From: an uncultured Chthonomonadaceae bacterium
GTDB lineage: Bacteria; Armatimonadota; Chthonomonadetes; Chthonomonadales; Chthonomonadaceae
Direction: 5' to 3'
Assembly: GCA_963835065.1 (NCBI GenBank)
Contig: CAWIEK010000001.1
Span: 128,001 to 192,000, forward strand
DNA length: 64,000 nucleotides
Below, piece after piece: positions 63,626 through 64,000 of the stretch (position 1 is its first letter; each line of letters opens with the position of its first letter). The translations under genes and the position numbers were made by a program. The notes beneath the pieces are model-generated. The model did no database searches, was not told the DNA's origin, and saw nothing but the letters and a program-made list of their open reading frames with translations.

Positions 63626-64000
63626 TCAGGCGGATACGGCGGCTTCATTCGGCTCGATAGCGTTTTCGTTCGTGGACAGGCCGGTGATAATTTCGATCAG
63701 GTTGCCGTCGGGGTCGCGCAAGTGCGCGGTTCGCATCATCCACAGCGGGCGATCCTGCGCGGGCGTGTCTATGACAACGCCTTTGGCTTCCAACTGCGCG
63801 ACGGTTGCATCCACGTTGTCCACTTCAAAGACAATGGCGCAGGCGTCCTGACACGCTCCATAAGCAGGCTTGTGCGTCGTGCCGACAGCCTCGGCCATGT
63901 GCGTTTTGCCGAACAAAGCGAGCGTGACCGCGCCGCCGACAGACAGTTCCGTGTATTCGCCGTCCGGGTCGGCAAACAGTTGTTCCAACCCCAGCTTGTC
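63626..64000 (-). CDS. VOC/glyoxalase family protein, 5' end outside the window
   Basis: IVFEVDNVD, AHLRDPDGNLIEI. Confidence 0.85.
   Translation of the reverse strand, partial: DKLGLEQLFADPDGEYTELSVGGAVTLALFGKTHMAEAVGTTHKPAYGACQDACAIVFEVDNVDATVAQLEAKGVVIDTPAQDRPLWMMRTAHLRDPDGNLIEIITGLSTNENAIEPNEAAVSA

Overview
A GC-rich bacterial chromosome segment. The DUF1559 prepilin-like gene, Uma2 nuclease, OmpH protein and short intergenic tandem repeats suggest Armatimonadota, though this is an inference. Core genes include purN, a citrate synthase, pcrA/uvrD, an aldehyde dehydrogenase and tRNA-Val(GAC). Accessory genes include several glycoside hydrolases, peptidases, a decaying restriction-modification/vapBC island and two exported ankyrin proteins. 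About ten genes are split by single-base indels, most likely uncorrected long-read errors. The strongest candidate for an undescribed system is a coupled pair at 38613-43681: a SARP/BTAD transcription factor fused to an AAA_35 NTPase, and a membrane-anchored AAA_35-TM-WD40 receptor. Upstream lie 11-bp-periodic direct repeats facing a divergent lipoprotein/membrane-protein operon. Other highlights are an alpha-oxoamine synthase divergent from a multi-TM GGDEF/HD-GYP sensor, a histidine kinase with a degenerate ATP pocket, a bacterial Clp1 polynucleotide kinase, an unannotated 21-aa hydrophobic peptide unit, and nested MITE families around a DUF899 gene. All family assignments come from recognising motifs by eye; no searches were run.
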